Source: Dehalococcoidia bacterium (GTDB lineage Bacteria > Chloroflexota > Dehalococcoidia > Lucifugimonadales > UBA2985). From it: DNA of 64,000 nt. Location: NCBI GenBank assembly GCA_965261605.1, contig OZ253466.1:336724-400723 (forward strand), in the 5' to 3' direction. The notes under the pieces are model-generated. The model did not search any database, had not been told where the DNA came from, and worked only from the letters and a program-made list of their open reading frames with translations. Positions within the stretch are counted from its first letter, which is position 1. Every line of letters begins with the position of its first letter. Positions 29,545 through 36,982 of the stretch are shown piece after piece. Made by a program: the position numbers and the translations under genes.

Positions 29545-30426
29545 CTATGCTTTAGCCCATTCTACATTACGGCCAATAAGCAGTTCAGTTGTCTTTGTGT
29601 GATGTGTACCGGACATGGATATGGGCTCAACCTGAAATCCATATCGATCTGCCAATTCCTTTACCATAGAAGCATCGTCATAGGTCATCAGAAAGTCACC
29701 CTTGAGCTGTCTGGTAACGTCAAAAAGCAAAGCGTGATCCAGCTCGTAATGAGTGTACAACCGCGCCCCTGCTCGTTTCCCTCCTGCCGTGTAAGGCGGG
29801 TCCATAAAGAACACGGTGTTGGTGTCTTGAAGGTGAAGCTGCATGAATTCAATACCATCTCCTTGATGGAACTGTATATGCTCTCTCATTGAAGCTATAG
29901 CCTTGATACGTTTAGCCAGTGTTTCCGGATACCATCTTGACCTGAGGCCCTTACCGTTTTCGCCTTGTTTAATCAATCCGCTACCTGCCGCCAATATTCC
30001 ACCGTGGACAACCCTGTTTTTGAGCAGAGTCTGAAAAGCTCTCTCCTCAATGAAGTCTGGGCTGGAAGCAAGAACCTCCTGTACGTTTTCAAGAGTCAGC
30101 TCAAAATCGATTATCCGACTTGCCAGCCATTCGGCATGTCCATTAAGGATCGCATACCAGACACTACTGACGTTCTCGTCTACCTCAATCATCACCGCAC
30201 GGTCAGCCAAGCCCTCAAATACCGCGGTCAGACTTACTATGCCTCCGCCGGTAAAGGGCTCAATAAGCACTTTGGGGGGTTGCTGCTGACTCATCAACCA
30301 TCGTCGCACCCAAGGGACTAACCACGTCTTACCGCCTGGGTATCTAAAGGGGCTACGCTGAGGCACTGAGGATACGTTGACGGTGCGCCCGCCATAGTTC
30401 TGAGGTAGGAATGAAAGTTGAGTCAT
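29545..30426 (-). CDS. N6-adenine DNA methyltransferase, D12/Dam class (alpha order)
   Basis: It has FRYPGGK, motif I EPFTGGG, then motif IV FFMDPPY, in the order typical of Dam-like enzymes. Confidence 0.85.
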   Translation of the reverse strand: MTQLSFLPQNYGGRTVNVSSVPQRSPFRYPGGKTWLVPWVRRWLMSQQQPPKVLIEPFTGGGIVSLTAVFEGLADRAVMIEVDENVSSVWYAILNGHAEWLASRIIDFELTLENVQEVLASSPDFIEERAFQTLLKNRVVHGGILAAGSGLIKQGENGKGLRSRWYPETLAKRIKAIASMREHIQFHQGDGIEFMQLHLQDTNTVFFMDPPYTAGGKRAGARLYTHYELDHALLFDVTRQLKGDFLMTYDDASMVKELADRYGFQVEPISMSGTHHTKTTELLIGRNVEWAKA

Positions 30427-30429
30427 GGC

Positions 30430-31320
30430 TCAAAGATCCACTTCAATTGTTGGAGCATCCGGAGAATTGTCGTCCTCTAGTTTTCTATCTAGTTTCGTCT
30501 GAAGGTGTTCAATGAACTCATATTCATCGCCGGGGGCCGGCCGAGTAATCTGAGTCAAAGCAGTTTCAAAGCTTGTATAAAGAACACGGTGACGGGATAG
30601 AACGTACTCCGTTCTTGTTAAATTAGGTTGCAGATCATACACCAGCCAAGCGACTTCCGCCATCTCACGGCTTGTTTCCGTCAGATCGGGCAGCGTGCGA
30701 AAGAGGTTCTTGTCCATGGCAACAGCCATCTTTCGGCCCCAAGCGTTTAGAATGCCACCCTTGAACATCAATTGGGGAGCTAGGCGTTTGCGCGAGGAAG
30801 ACAAGTAATCCGCTCTTGGATAGTACTGCCTCCCTCTCCAGACCATATCTTGACGCGCAAAGGGGTCTTCCATGTAGTATTCGAAAGGACGCCTGACATT
30901 GCCCGAAATATAGACGGCTTGCACCTCTAACGCGCCAAACTCGAGTACGCGTCCGCGGTCATTGTAAGAGACAAGAACAACATCTATGTTTCCGGCGGAT
31001 TTCCCGTCCTTGTCGCTTAGACGCACTTCGGTCAATGAAGTCCACGAAGTGCCCTCGGGAAAGAAGAAGTTAGCCGCATCCTCGGCAATAATCCAGTCCT
31101 GTCTAAATCGAATAGGACATGTAACTGCGATTTCGCCCTCATCAAAAATACTACAAACGCCCAAAGGATCGCTGGCCTTGTCCTTTGTGCAACTGGGCAC
31201 CCTGTTGTTGAACGGACACAGCCGGTTATCGCGATACCTCTTTGCCTGATCAGATACGTTATTTGCGGGATATCCAAACACCTCGGCAAGAGGGTGTTGA
31301 GGAGCTATATTCTCAATCAT
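30430..31320 (-). CDS. Type II restriction endonuclease, NotI-family-like
   Basis: The N-terminal four-Cys pattern (CPF...SCTK...GVCS...CPIRF) and later blocks (LEVQAVYISGN, SSSRKRL..QL) parallel NotI as I recall it. It lies 3 nt upstream of the methyltransferase gene. Confidence 0.65.
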   Translation of the reverse strand: MIENIAPQHPLAEVFGYPANNVSDQAKRYRDNRLCPFNNRVPSCTKDKASDPLGVCSIFDEGEIAVTCPIRFRQDWIIAEDAANFFFPEGTSWTSLTEVRLSDKDGKSAGNIDVVLVSYNDRGRVLEFGALEVQAVYISGNVRRPFEYYMEDPFARQDMVWRGRQYYPRADYLSSSRKRLAPQLMFKGGILNAWGRKMAVAMDKNLFRTLPDLTETSREMAEVAWLVYDLQPNLTRTEYVLSRHRVLYTSFETALTQITRPAPGDEYEFIEHLQTKLDRKLEDDNSPDAPTIEVDL

Positions 31321-31344
31321 TTCTTATGTCCATAACGCCACAGT

Positions 31345-32475
31345 CTACAACAATACCATATTGTTGCGGTGCAGCACCTCTTCGCTGAACCGGTAGCCCA
31401 GGGCCTCCTCTATCTTGTCGGAGCGCAATCCCCTGATGGCGCTAACGTCAGTGGCGCTGTAGCCGGTGACACCGCACGCTATTCGCTCACCTTCGGGGTC
31501 CACCACCAGTATTATATCGCCCCTGAGAAAGTCGCCCTCCACCTCCCTCACACCCGCGGGAAGCAGGCTGCGGTGGTGCATGCGCAGCGCCTCGGCGGCC
31601 CCTGTGTCGACCAGAATCCGCCCGCGTGTGGAGAGTCCGCTGAGCATCCATCGCTTGCGGCTCTCCATCTTGCTGGCAGTGGGGGCGAAGTAGGTTCCTA
31701 CCGACTCCCCGGACGCCAGCCTTGACACTACCTGGTCAACCTTGCCGCTCACCAGCGAGACCGCTACTCCGGAGGCCGTCGCCAGCTTAATCGCTGACAG
31801 CTTTGCCTGCATACCGCCGCGGCTTCTGGAGCTGTGGCGCGGCCCGGCCATAGCCATTATCGCCTCGTCAATCACCTCAACCCGGGGGATTATCCGGGCA
31901 TTCGGGTCCTCATGCGGGTCTGCTGTGTAGAGACCGCCGATGTCGCTGAGAACAATGAGCATGTCGGCGTCGATCAGGTTCGCCACCATGGCGGACAGGT
32001 TATCGTTGTCTCCGAACCCCAAGTCTCGCACCTCATCCGAGGCGACCACGTCATTCTCGTTGATTATGGGAATAACTTTGAGATCCAGAAGCGCCAACAG
32101 CGTGTTTCGCACGTTGAGGTACCCCTCTCTGTCCAGCACGTCCCTTCTGGAGAGCAGGGCTTGGGCTACAGTGATGTTATGCGCCTCAAATAGCTGCTCG
32201 TAGGTTCGAACTAGACGGCCCTGACCAACGGCCGCCAGGACCTGACGGAACGGTATGTCATCCCTCCCACGATTGACGCCCAAGGTGTGCCTGCCGACGG
32301 CCACAGCGCCGGAGGTCACCAGAGCCACCTCCATTCCCTGACCATGGACGTACGCCAACTGCGCCACCAGAGAGGCGATGACCTCCTGGTCCAGGTTGTC
32401 GCTGCCTCCGGTCAGGACGTTTGTCCCGGCCTTTACTACAATGCGGCGGTACCTGTATGACTCTTGCGATTTCAT
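31345..32475 (-). CDS. proB: Glutamate 5-kinase ProB (with PUA domain)
   Basis: It has RIVVKAGTNVL and an amino-acid kinase core plus a C-terminal PUA region. An upstream GTG at 32514 is also possible. Confidence 0.9.
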   Translation of the reverse strand: MKSQESYRYRRIVVKAGTNVLTGGSDNLDQEVIASLVAQLAYVHGQGMEVALVTSGAVAVGRHTLGVNRGRDDIPFRQVLAAVGQGRLVRTYEQLFEAHNITVAQALLSRRDVLDREGYLNVRNTLLALLDLKVIPIINENDVVASDEVRDLGFGDNDNLSAMVANLIDADMLIVLSDIGGLYTADPHEDPNARIIPRVEVIDEAIMAMAGPRHSSRSRGGMQAKLSAIKLATASGVAVSLVSGKVDQVVSRLASGESVGTYFAPTASKMESRKRWMLSGLSTRGRILVDTGAAEALRMHHRSLLPAGVREVEGDFLRGDIILVVDPEGERIACGVTGYSATDVSAIRGLRSDKIEEALGYRFSEEVLHRNNMVLL

Positions 32476-32655
32476 CAACGCTGCTCTACTGATTCGGGAA
32501 TTCTCACAGCCCACGGCCGATTATATCAGCAATTGTCTATGTCGACAGCATTGCGCGTTCGACAATCCGCTTATAGCACAGAGGCCAGAGGCATCAGCCG
32601 CCGACCCTTCATACGGCAATGGAGCAGAGAACGGGTCGGCTGACACCGGCGTGCC

Positions 32656-33906
32656 TTATAATCCTCGCGGCCCGGTGGATGCCTTGTAGGCCCGCCAGTT
32701 GCGGCGCGTCTCCTCGATGTGGTCGCCCCCGAATTTCTCCAGCATGGCCTCCGCCAGCGCCAGCGCCACCATAGCCTCACCAATTACCGCGCAGGTGGGG
32801 ACGAAGGTGATGTCACTGCGCTCAAAGTGAGCGCGGTTCACAAAGTCACCTGTGGTCAGGTCCACGGTCTCCAGCCCATTGATGATGGTCGCTATTGGCT
32901 TGACAATAGCCCTTACCACCAGTGGCTCTCCGGTTGTCATACCTCCCTCCAGACCGCCGGAGTTGTTGGTGCGCCGCGGCCAGGGCCGCACCCAGCCCTC
33001 GTCAGCGCCGCGCTCCCACTCTTCCAGTGGCTTGACAACATCGTGTACCTGGGAGCCCCGCATGTCCGCCTGGGTGAAGCCTGCGCCAAATTCCACCCCC
33101 TTGACCGCGTTTATGCTCATAACGGCGGCGGCCAGTTTGGTGGTCAGCTTGCGGTCCCACTGGATGTGGCTGCCAAGGCCAATGGGCGCGCCGGTGGCCA
33201 CAACCTCCATTATGCCGCCGACGCTGTCACCCGCCTCTCGCGCAGCGTCGATCTCAGCTATCATCCGCTCCGCAGCATCGGGGTCGGCGCACCGCACCGC
33301 GGCCGTCTTTGAGCCTTCCTGGTTCTCCCTGTGGTAGGGCGTTTCCTCAAGCGCCCCCCAGTCTATGTTGTCCGGTCGGTTCGCATGTACACCGCCAATG
33401 CACAGAACATGACCATGCACCTCAATACCGAACTCCTCAAGAAAGCGCTGTGCCAGAGCGCCTGCAGCCACGCGCGCTGCGCTCTCACGAGCGCTGGAAC
33501 GCTCCAGGATGTTGCGAGCGTCCGACTGCATATACTTGACAATCCCAGGAGTGTCGGCATGGCCCGGCCGTATGCTGGTTATAGGCTCGAAGGGAACGTC
33601 CGACGGAGCGACGCTCATCTCCTCGGTCCAAGGTACGCCGTCCGGCCCCTTGCCAGTGATAAAATCCCTGTTCACGACGAGCATTGAAATGGGTGAGCCC
33701 ATAGTGAGGCCGTGTCGCACCCCGGCGAGGATCTCAGCACGGTCCTTCTCTATCTGCATACGGCCGCCGCGCCCGTAGCCCACCTGGCGTCGGGCCATAT
33801 GCCGCTCAATGTATTCCTCCGTAATGGGCAGGTTCGCGGGAATACCCTCCACAATCACAGTCAGGTTTTTGCCGTGGGATTCCCCCGCCGTAAGAAATCT
33901 CAGCAT
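32656..33906 (-). CDS. aroC: Chorismate synthase AroC
   Basis: It has MLRFLTAGESHGK, GRSSARE-like and other chorismate synthase signatures. Confidence 0.95.
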   Translation of the reverse strand: MLRFLTAGESHGKNLTVIVEGIPANLPITEEYIERHMARRQVGYGRGGRMQIEKDRAEILAGVRHGLTMGSPISMLVVNRDFITGKGPDGVPWTEEMSVAPSDVPFEPITSIRPGHADTPGIVKYMQSDARNILERSSARESAARVAAGALAQRFLEEFGIEVHGHVLCIGGVHANRPDNIDWGALEETPYHRENQEGSKTAAVRCADPDAAERMIAEIDAAREAGDSVGGIMEVVATGAPIGLGSHIQWDRKLTTKLAAAVMSINAVKGVEFGAGFTQADMRGSQVHDVVKPLEEWERGADEGWVRPWPRRTNNSGGLEGGMTTGEPLVVRAIVKPIATIINGLETVDLTTGDFVNRAHFERSDITFVPTCAVIGEAMVALALAEAMLEKFGGDHIEETRRNWRAYKASTGPRGL

Positions 33907-33919
33907 AGATCAGCTCCTT

Positions 33920-34417
33920 CTAAGAATTTACTTGCGCCATTAACTTTTGCTCCCGTCCGATAGTCGGGACGGCGTCACAGTCTTCAACTACCAAAGCGCG
34001 TCCAACCACTCTCAATGCCCTCTCGAGCTGGCTGACGTGTGTGCGGTATCGTGGATCGACGAGCTTTCGGACGGCGTCCTCGTCAAGGCTCAACTTTGAG
34101 GCCATATCGGCGTAGGTGATGCCCTGCTCACGCATGGCGGTGTAGATGGTCAGCTTGGCTGCTACCAGGAATGGCACGGGAATCAGAACCTGGCCGTCCC
34201 TGGCCGGGCTGGGCATCGGAAGGTCTTCACCGGCCTTCACGTACATCCCCAGCGCAACGCCCAGGCCGTCCTCGGCCATCTCAATGGCTTCTTCCCAAGA
34301 CCATCCGCACGTAATGGCCTCCGGCACGTCTGGGAAAGTCACTCCGTAGGCTTCCCTTCCCGTTGTCATTCTCTCTTCTTCATCAAGAACGATGTTGGAC
34401 GGATAAGCGTATCTCAT
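33920..34417 (-). CDS. hicB: HicB-family antitoxin with C-terminal HTH
   Basis: The N-terminal HicB fold (YGVTFPDVPEAITCGWSWEEAIEMAEDGL) is followed by an XRE-like HTH (GITYADMASKLSL). Confidence 0.8.
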   Translation of the reverse strand: MRYAYPSNIVLDEEERMTTGREAYGVTFPDVPEAITCGWSWEEAIEMAEDGLGVALGMYVKAGEDLPMPSPARDGQVLIPVPFLVAAKLTIYTAMREQGITYADMASKLSLDEDAVRKLVDPRYRTHVSQLERALRVVGRALVVEDCDAVPTIGREQKLMAQVNS

Positions 34418-34419
34418 AT

Positions 34420-34626
34420 TTAGAACTCCCGTCGATTGATGTCAAGCTGCCTCAGCATATTTGCTAGGGTGTTTGGGGCAATCTCGCCGTACTGCACTAT
34501 AGTCTTGAACTCGCCTATACGGACCTGCCCGTGACTGCCCTTTCCCCGGCTTGGGTCGAAGCTGAACTCTAAACCGTTGCGGCGGGCGTATCGCCTTGCT
34601 CGCCTCACGAATTCCCTACCGTTCAC
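34420..34626 (-). CDS. hicA: HicA mRNA-interferase toxin
   Basis: It has KGSHGQV (the GSH motif) and a HicA-sized body. I chose the GTG start at 34626, which overlaps the aroE stop as GTGA. The longer ORF-track start (34707) would lie inside aroE. Confidence 0.75.
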   Translation of the reverse strand: MNGREFVRRARRYARRNGLEFSFDPSRGKGSHGQVRIGEFKTIVQYGEIAPNTLANMLRQLDINRREF

Positions 34627-35489
34627 AATCCCGGCGGCTGCCTGGCTGCAAGAGCCTCCTCCGCAGCGCTGAACATCACCCGTACAGGCGCCTCCACACC
34701 GGTCCATATCTCAAAAGCGGCGGCTCCCTGGTACACCAGCATAGGCAGTCCGCCGAGGGTCTGTGCGCCGGCCATGCCGGCCTCTCGAAGCAGGGGCGTC
34801 ACCCTGGGATTGTACACCAGGTCGCAGACCAGCGTCTGCGGCGGGATGATGCCGGCGCTGATTGGAGTCTCTCCCTCGCCCGGGCCGCCAGTCATACCCA
34901 GAGAGGTGCAGTTGACGATAAGGTGGCTCCCGGACGCCGCCGGGCGAAGGGAGTCCTCACCCAGGGGAATCGCTTCAGCCGATACTCCCATGCGGCGTAT
35001 GCTCTCCACCAGGGCCACAGCCCTATTGAGAGTCCGGTTGGCGACGACTATGCTCTCGACACCTTCTCCGGCCAGGGCAACTGTCACAGCCTTGGAAGAG
35101 CCGCCGGCTCCCAGGACCAGCGCCGTCTTCCCGCGCGGGTCGAACTGGGCTTCCTCTCTCAAAGCAGTTAGGAAGCCTTTGGCGTCGGTGTTGTGGCCCA
35201 CCAGTATCCCGTCACGATTCTCTATGGTGTTGACGGCGCCAATCAGCCGGGCCTCTTCCATCACCGAGTCCAAGAATGGGATCACCGCTTCCTTATGAGG
35301 AACTGTGACGTTGGCCCCGAGCACATCCGGGTCTCGCAGTGAGTTGATTGCCTCGGGCAAGGATGATTCGGGCACATCCATAGCCTCGTAGCGCGCGTCA
35401 ATGGAGTGATGGTCGAGGGCGGCCTGCTGGAAAGCGGGAGATACGGAGTGGCCGACGGGATGGCCTATGAGAAAGATGCGCTTGGTCAT
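34623..35489 (-). CDS. aroE: Shikimate dehydrogenase AroE
   Basis: It has IGHPVGHSVSP, NVTVPHK and LGAGGSSKAV motifs. Confidence 0.9.
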   Translation of the reverse strand: MTKRIFLIGHPVGHSVSPAFQQAALDHHSIDARYEAMDVPESSLPEAINSLRDPDVLGANVTVPHKEAVIPFLDSVMEEARLIGAVNTIENRDGILVGHNTDAKGFLTALREEAQFDPRGKTALVLGAGGSSKAVTVALAGEGVESIVVANRTLNRAVALVESIRRMGVSAEAIPLGEDSLRPAASGSHLIVNCTSLGMTGGPGEGETPISAGIIPPQTLVCDLVYNPRVTPLLREAGMAGAQTLGGLPMLVYQGAAAFEIWTGVEAPVRVMFSAAEEALAARQPPGL

Positions 35490-35526
35490 GGAAGTAGAGA
35501 GCGGCCTTCCGGCCTCAGAGCAGCTT

Positions 35527-35565
35527 CAATGAGTATAGCAAGGGAAGCGAAAGAGGGACAAAGCC
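35527..35565. repeat. Promoter-containing direct repeat, copy L (aroE promoter)
   Basis: About 34 of 41 aligned positions match 36688-36725, including an 18-nt identical run CAATGAGTATAGCAAGGG. On the minus strand it reads TTGTCC-18-TATACT (35556-35561 and 35532-35537). Confidence 0.7.
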
Positions 35566-35667
35566 GAAAAGTACGGAGAGGCGGCGAAACGCTAAGGCGC
35601 CGGATTAACTCTGCGGCCACGGTGAGGAACCAGGGCTTCTAATCAGCCGCGGCCTCTTCCCTCGCTT

Positions 35668-35865
35668 CTATCCGAGGAAGTTCTTGATGACTGTCAACTC
35701 TACTGAGTGCTCGTTCTGGTTGGAAACGACGTTGTCCAGCAACTCAGCGACGGTCTTCAGGATCGTCGTATGCTCCCTCTGAGTCTCCACGACAGACCTC
35801 AGTATCACAGCAAAGTCGTTGTAGGAGTTCTCCAACGATTCGAGCCGATCATTGACTGTCGTCAC
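35668..35865 (-). CDS. Small coiled-coil protein (65 aa from GTG; 81 aa if TTG 35913)
   Basis: The GTG at 35865 follows AGGAGGGAGGAG. The product VTTVNDRLESLENSYNDF... is heptad-like with no TM segment. It is co-directional with, and immediately downstream of, the PLD gene. Confidence 0.5.
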   Translation of the reverse strand: MTTVNDRLESLENSYNDFAVILRSVVETQREHTTILKTVAELLDNVVSNQNEHSVELTVIKNFLG

Positions 35866-35916
35866 CTCCTCCCTCCTTGCGAGTAGTCTAGCAATGGGTA
35901 AACTATGTGTCAACTT

Positions 35917-36663
35917 CTAGCTGGCTACGAACTCCAGGACATCCTTGTACTTCCCGTAGCAGTCAGGACACAAGGGTTTGAGCAAAGTCGCCGAATGTTC
36001 GTTTCCGCAGGTGTGGCAGAGCTTTTCCTTAAAACCCCTGTTCTTGTGCCGATTCCAGATCGCGTAGCAACGTCTACAGTACGGCTGAGTCGGATTGGCC
36101 GGCAGGTCAACCTTGCACCGGATACAGAAGCCCTTCTCCGGTTTCGTCAGAGTGGGTTTGGATTCTCTTGTAATCATCTTCGGTGCTACGTTTTCCCTGA
36201 CATTTTCAGTAGCTTCTATCTTGTCGACGGTCACTCGGATGATTTCGCTTGCCCTTACAAGCCGCATAGATTCTTCTTTAATATCTTGGTAGAGTTCAGG
36301 GTCTTGGTCGCGGGATACAATAATGCCCATCTCGTTGTTATTTATCTGTGAGAACTCGTAAAGATTCATTGAGGTCAGGAGCGCCTCATTCTCATTCATA
36401 TAGCATTTAGCATGAAGGTTCTGCAAGAACCCGGTTTTGATCGAAGTCATTGACCTGAGCCAGTTATTTTCCTCGGGTCTCAGTTCGTTTTTTCCATAGA
36501 TTACCCACACATCTATCCTCAAGCGGTCCTTATCCTCAAGGAGTTCTTTGATACGATCGTTAACCCTGAGGAACGGGCTGATAATCACTAGACGCTCCCT
36601 GGCGTTCTTTATTATTTCTGAAAGCTGGAACGAGACCCCTGGTGTATCAAGGAATTTAGCCAT
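35917..36663 (-). CDS. PLD-family (HKD) nuclease-like protein with two C-terminal zinc ribbons
   Basis: It has a single HKD-type motif HAKCYMNENEALLTSMN. The C-terminus has CIRC-x12-CRRC and CHTC-x12-CPDC. The start is set at ATG 36663 (MAKFLDTPG) after GGGAGAG, because the ORF-track start at 36702 would overlap the predicted -10. Confidence 0.75.
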   Translation of the reverse strand: MAKFLDTPGVSFQLSEIIKNARERLVIISPFLRVNDRIKELLEDKDRLRIDVWVIYGKNELRPEENNWLRSMTSIKTGFLQNLHAKCYMNENEALLTSMNLYEFSQINNNEMGIIVSRDQDPELYQDIKEESMRLVRASEIIRVTVDKIEATENVRENVAPKMITRESKPTLTKPEKGFCIRCKVDLPANPTQPYCRRCYAIWNRHKNRGFKEKLCHTCGNEHSATLLKPLCPDCYGKYKDVLEFVAS

Positions 36664-36687
36664 ATTGAACTCTCCCTGAATGGATTG

Positions 36688-36725
36688 CAATGAGTATAGC
36701 AAGGGGATGCAAAGAGGGGCAAGCG
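36688..36725. repeat. Promoter-containing direct repeat, copy R (drives the PLD gene)
   Basis: This is the partner of 35527-35565. On the minus strand it reads TTGCCC-18-TATACT (36717-36722 and 36693-36698), 30 nt upstream of the PLD ATG. Confidence 0.7.
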
Positions 36726-36738
36726 GAGCTTGGATTGG

Positions 36739-36919
36739 GTATTCCCTATGCGTGTTGGTATTGCCAACTCCGCTAGGATAATGCGCCTTTCTTCATCCAT
36801 TCCTGCGAAGGCAGGAATCCACGACCCCTGTAATTGTGGAGGATAGACCCCTGCCTCCGCAGGGGTGGTTTGTTGCTTGGGTGGTGTTATTTGCTATTAC
36901 CAACACACCCCGGGAATAC
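36739..36919. mobile_element. MITE-like element, intact copy (181 bp)
   Basis: The termini GTATTCCCTATGCGTGTTGGTATTGC / GCTATTACCAACACACCCCGGGAATAC are inverted repeats. The element is flanked by a 10-bp direct repeat CTTGGATTGG (36729-36738 and 36920-36929). Inside are two hairpins, ATTCCTGC-gaag-GCAGGAAT and ACCCCTGC-ctcc-GCAGGGGT. Confidence 0.75.
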
Positions 36920-36947
36920 CTTGGATTGGGCGGCGGCGGCGCGTCCA

Positions 36948-36976
36948 TTGACAAGCGACAGGCGACGCATTAGACT
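36948..36976 (+). promoter_or_regulatory. Candidate higBA promoter (predicts a leaderless transcript)
   Basis: TTGACA (36948-36953), a 17-nt spacer, then TAGACT (36971-36976). The higB GTG begins only 6 nt after the -10. Confidence 0.5.
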
Positions 36977-36982
36977 TTTTAC

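Noticed and set aside
34627-34707. An N-terminal extension of the hicA ORF (track start 34707)
   Set aside because: It would overlap the 3' end of aroE by 85 nt and adds a Cys/Gly-rich sequence absent from HicA proteins. The GTG at 34626 gives a canonical-length HicA.
36664-36702. An N-terminal extension of the PLD ORF (track start 36702)
   Set aside because: It would place the start codon upstream of the predicted -10 box. The ATG at 36663 has an SD and sits downstream of the promoter.
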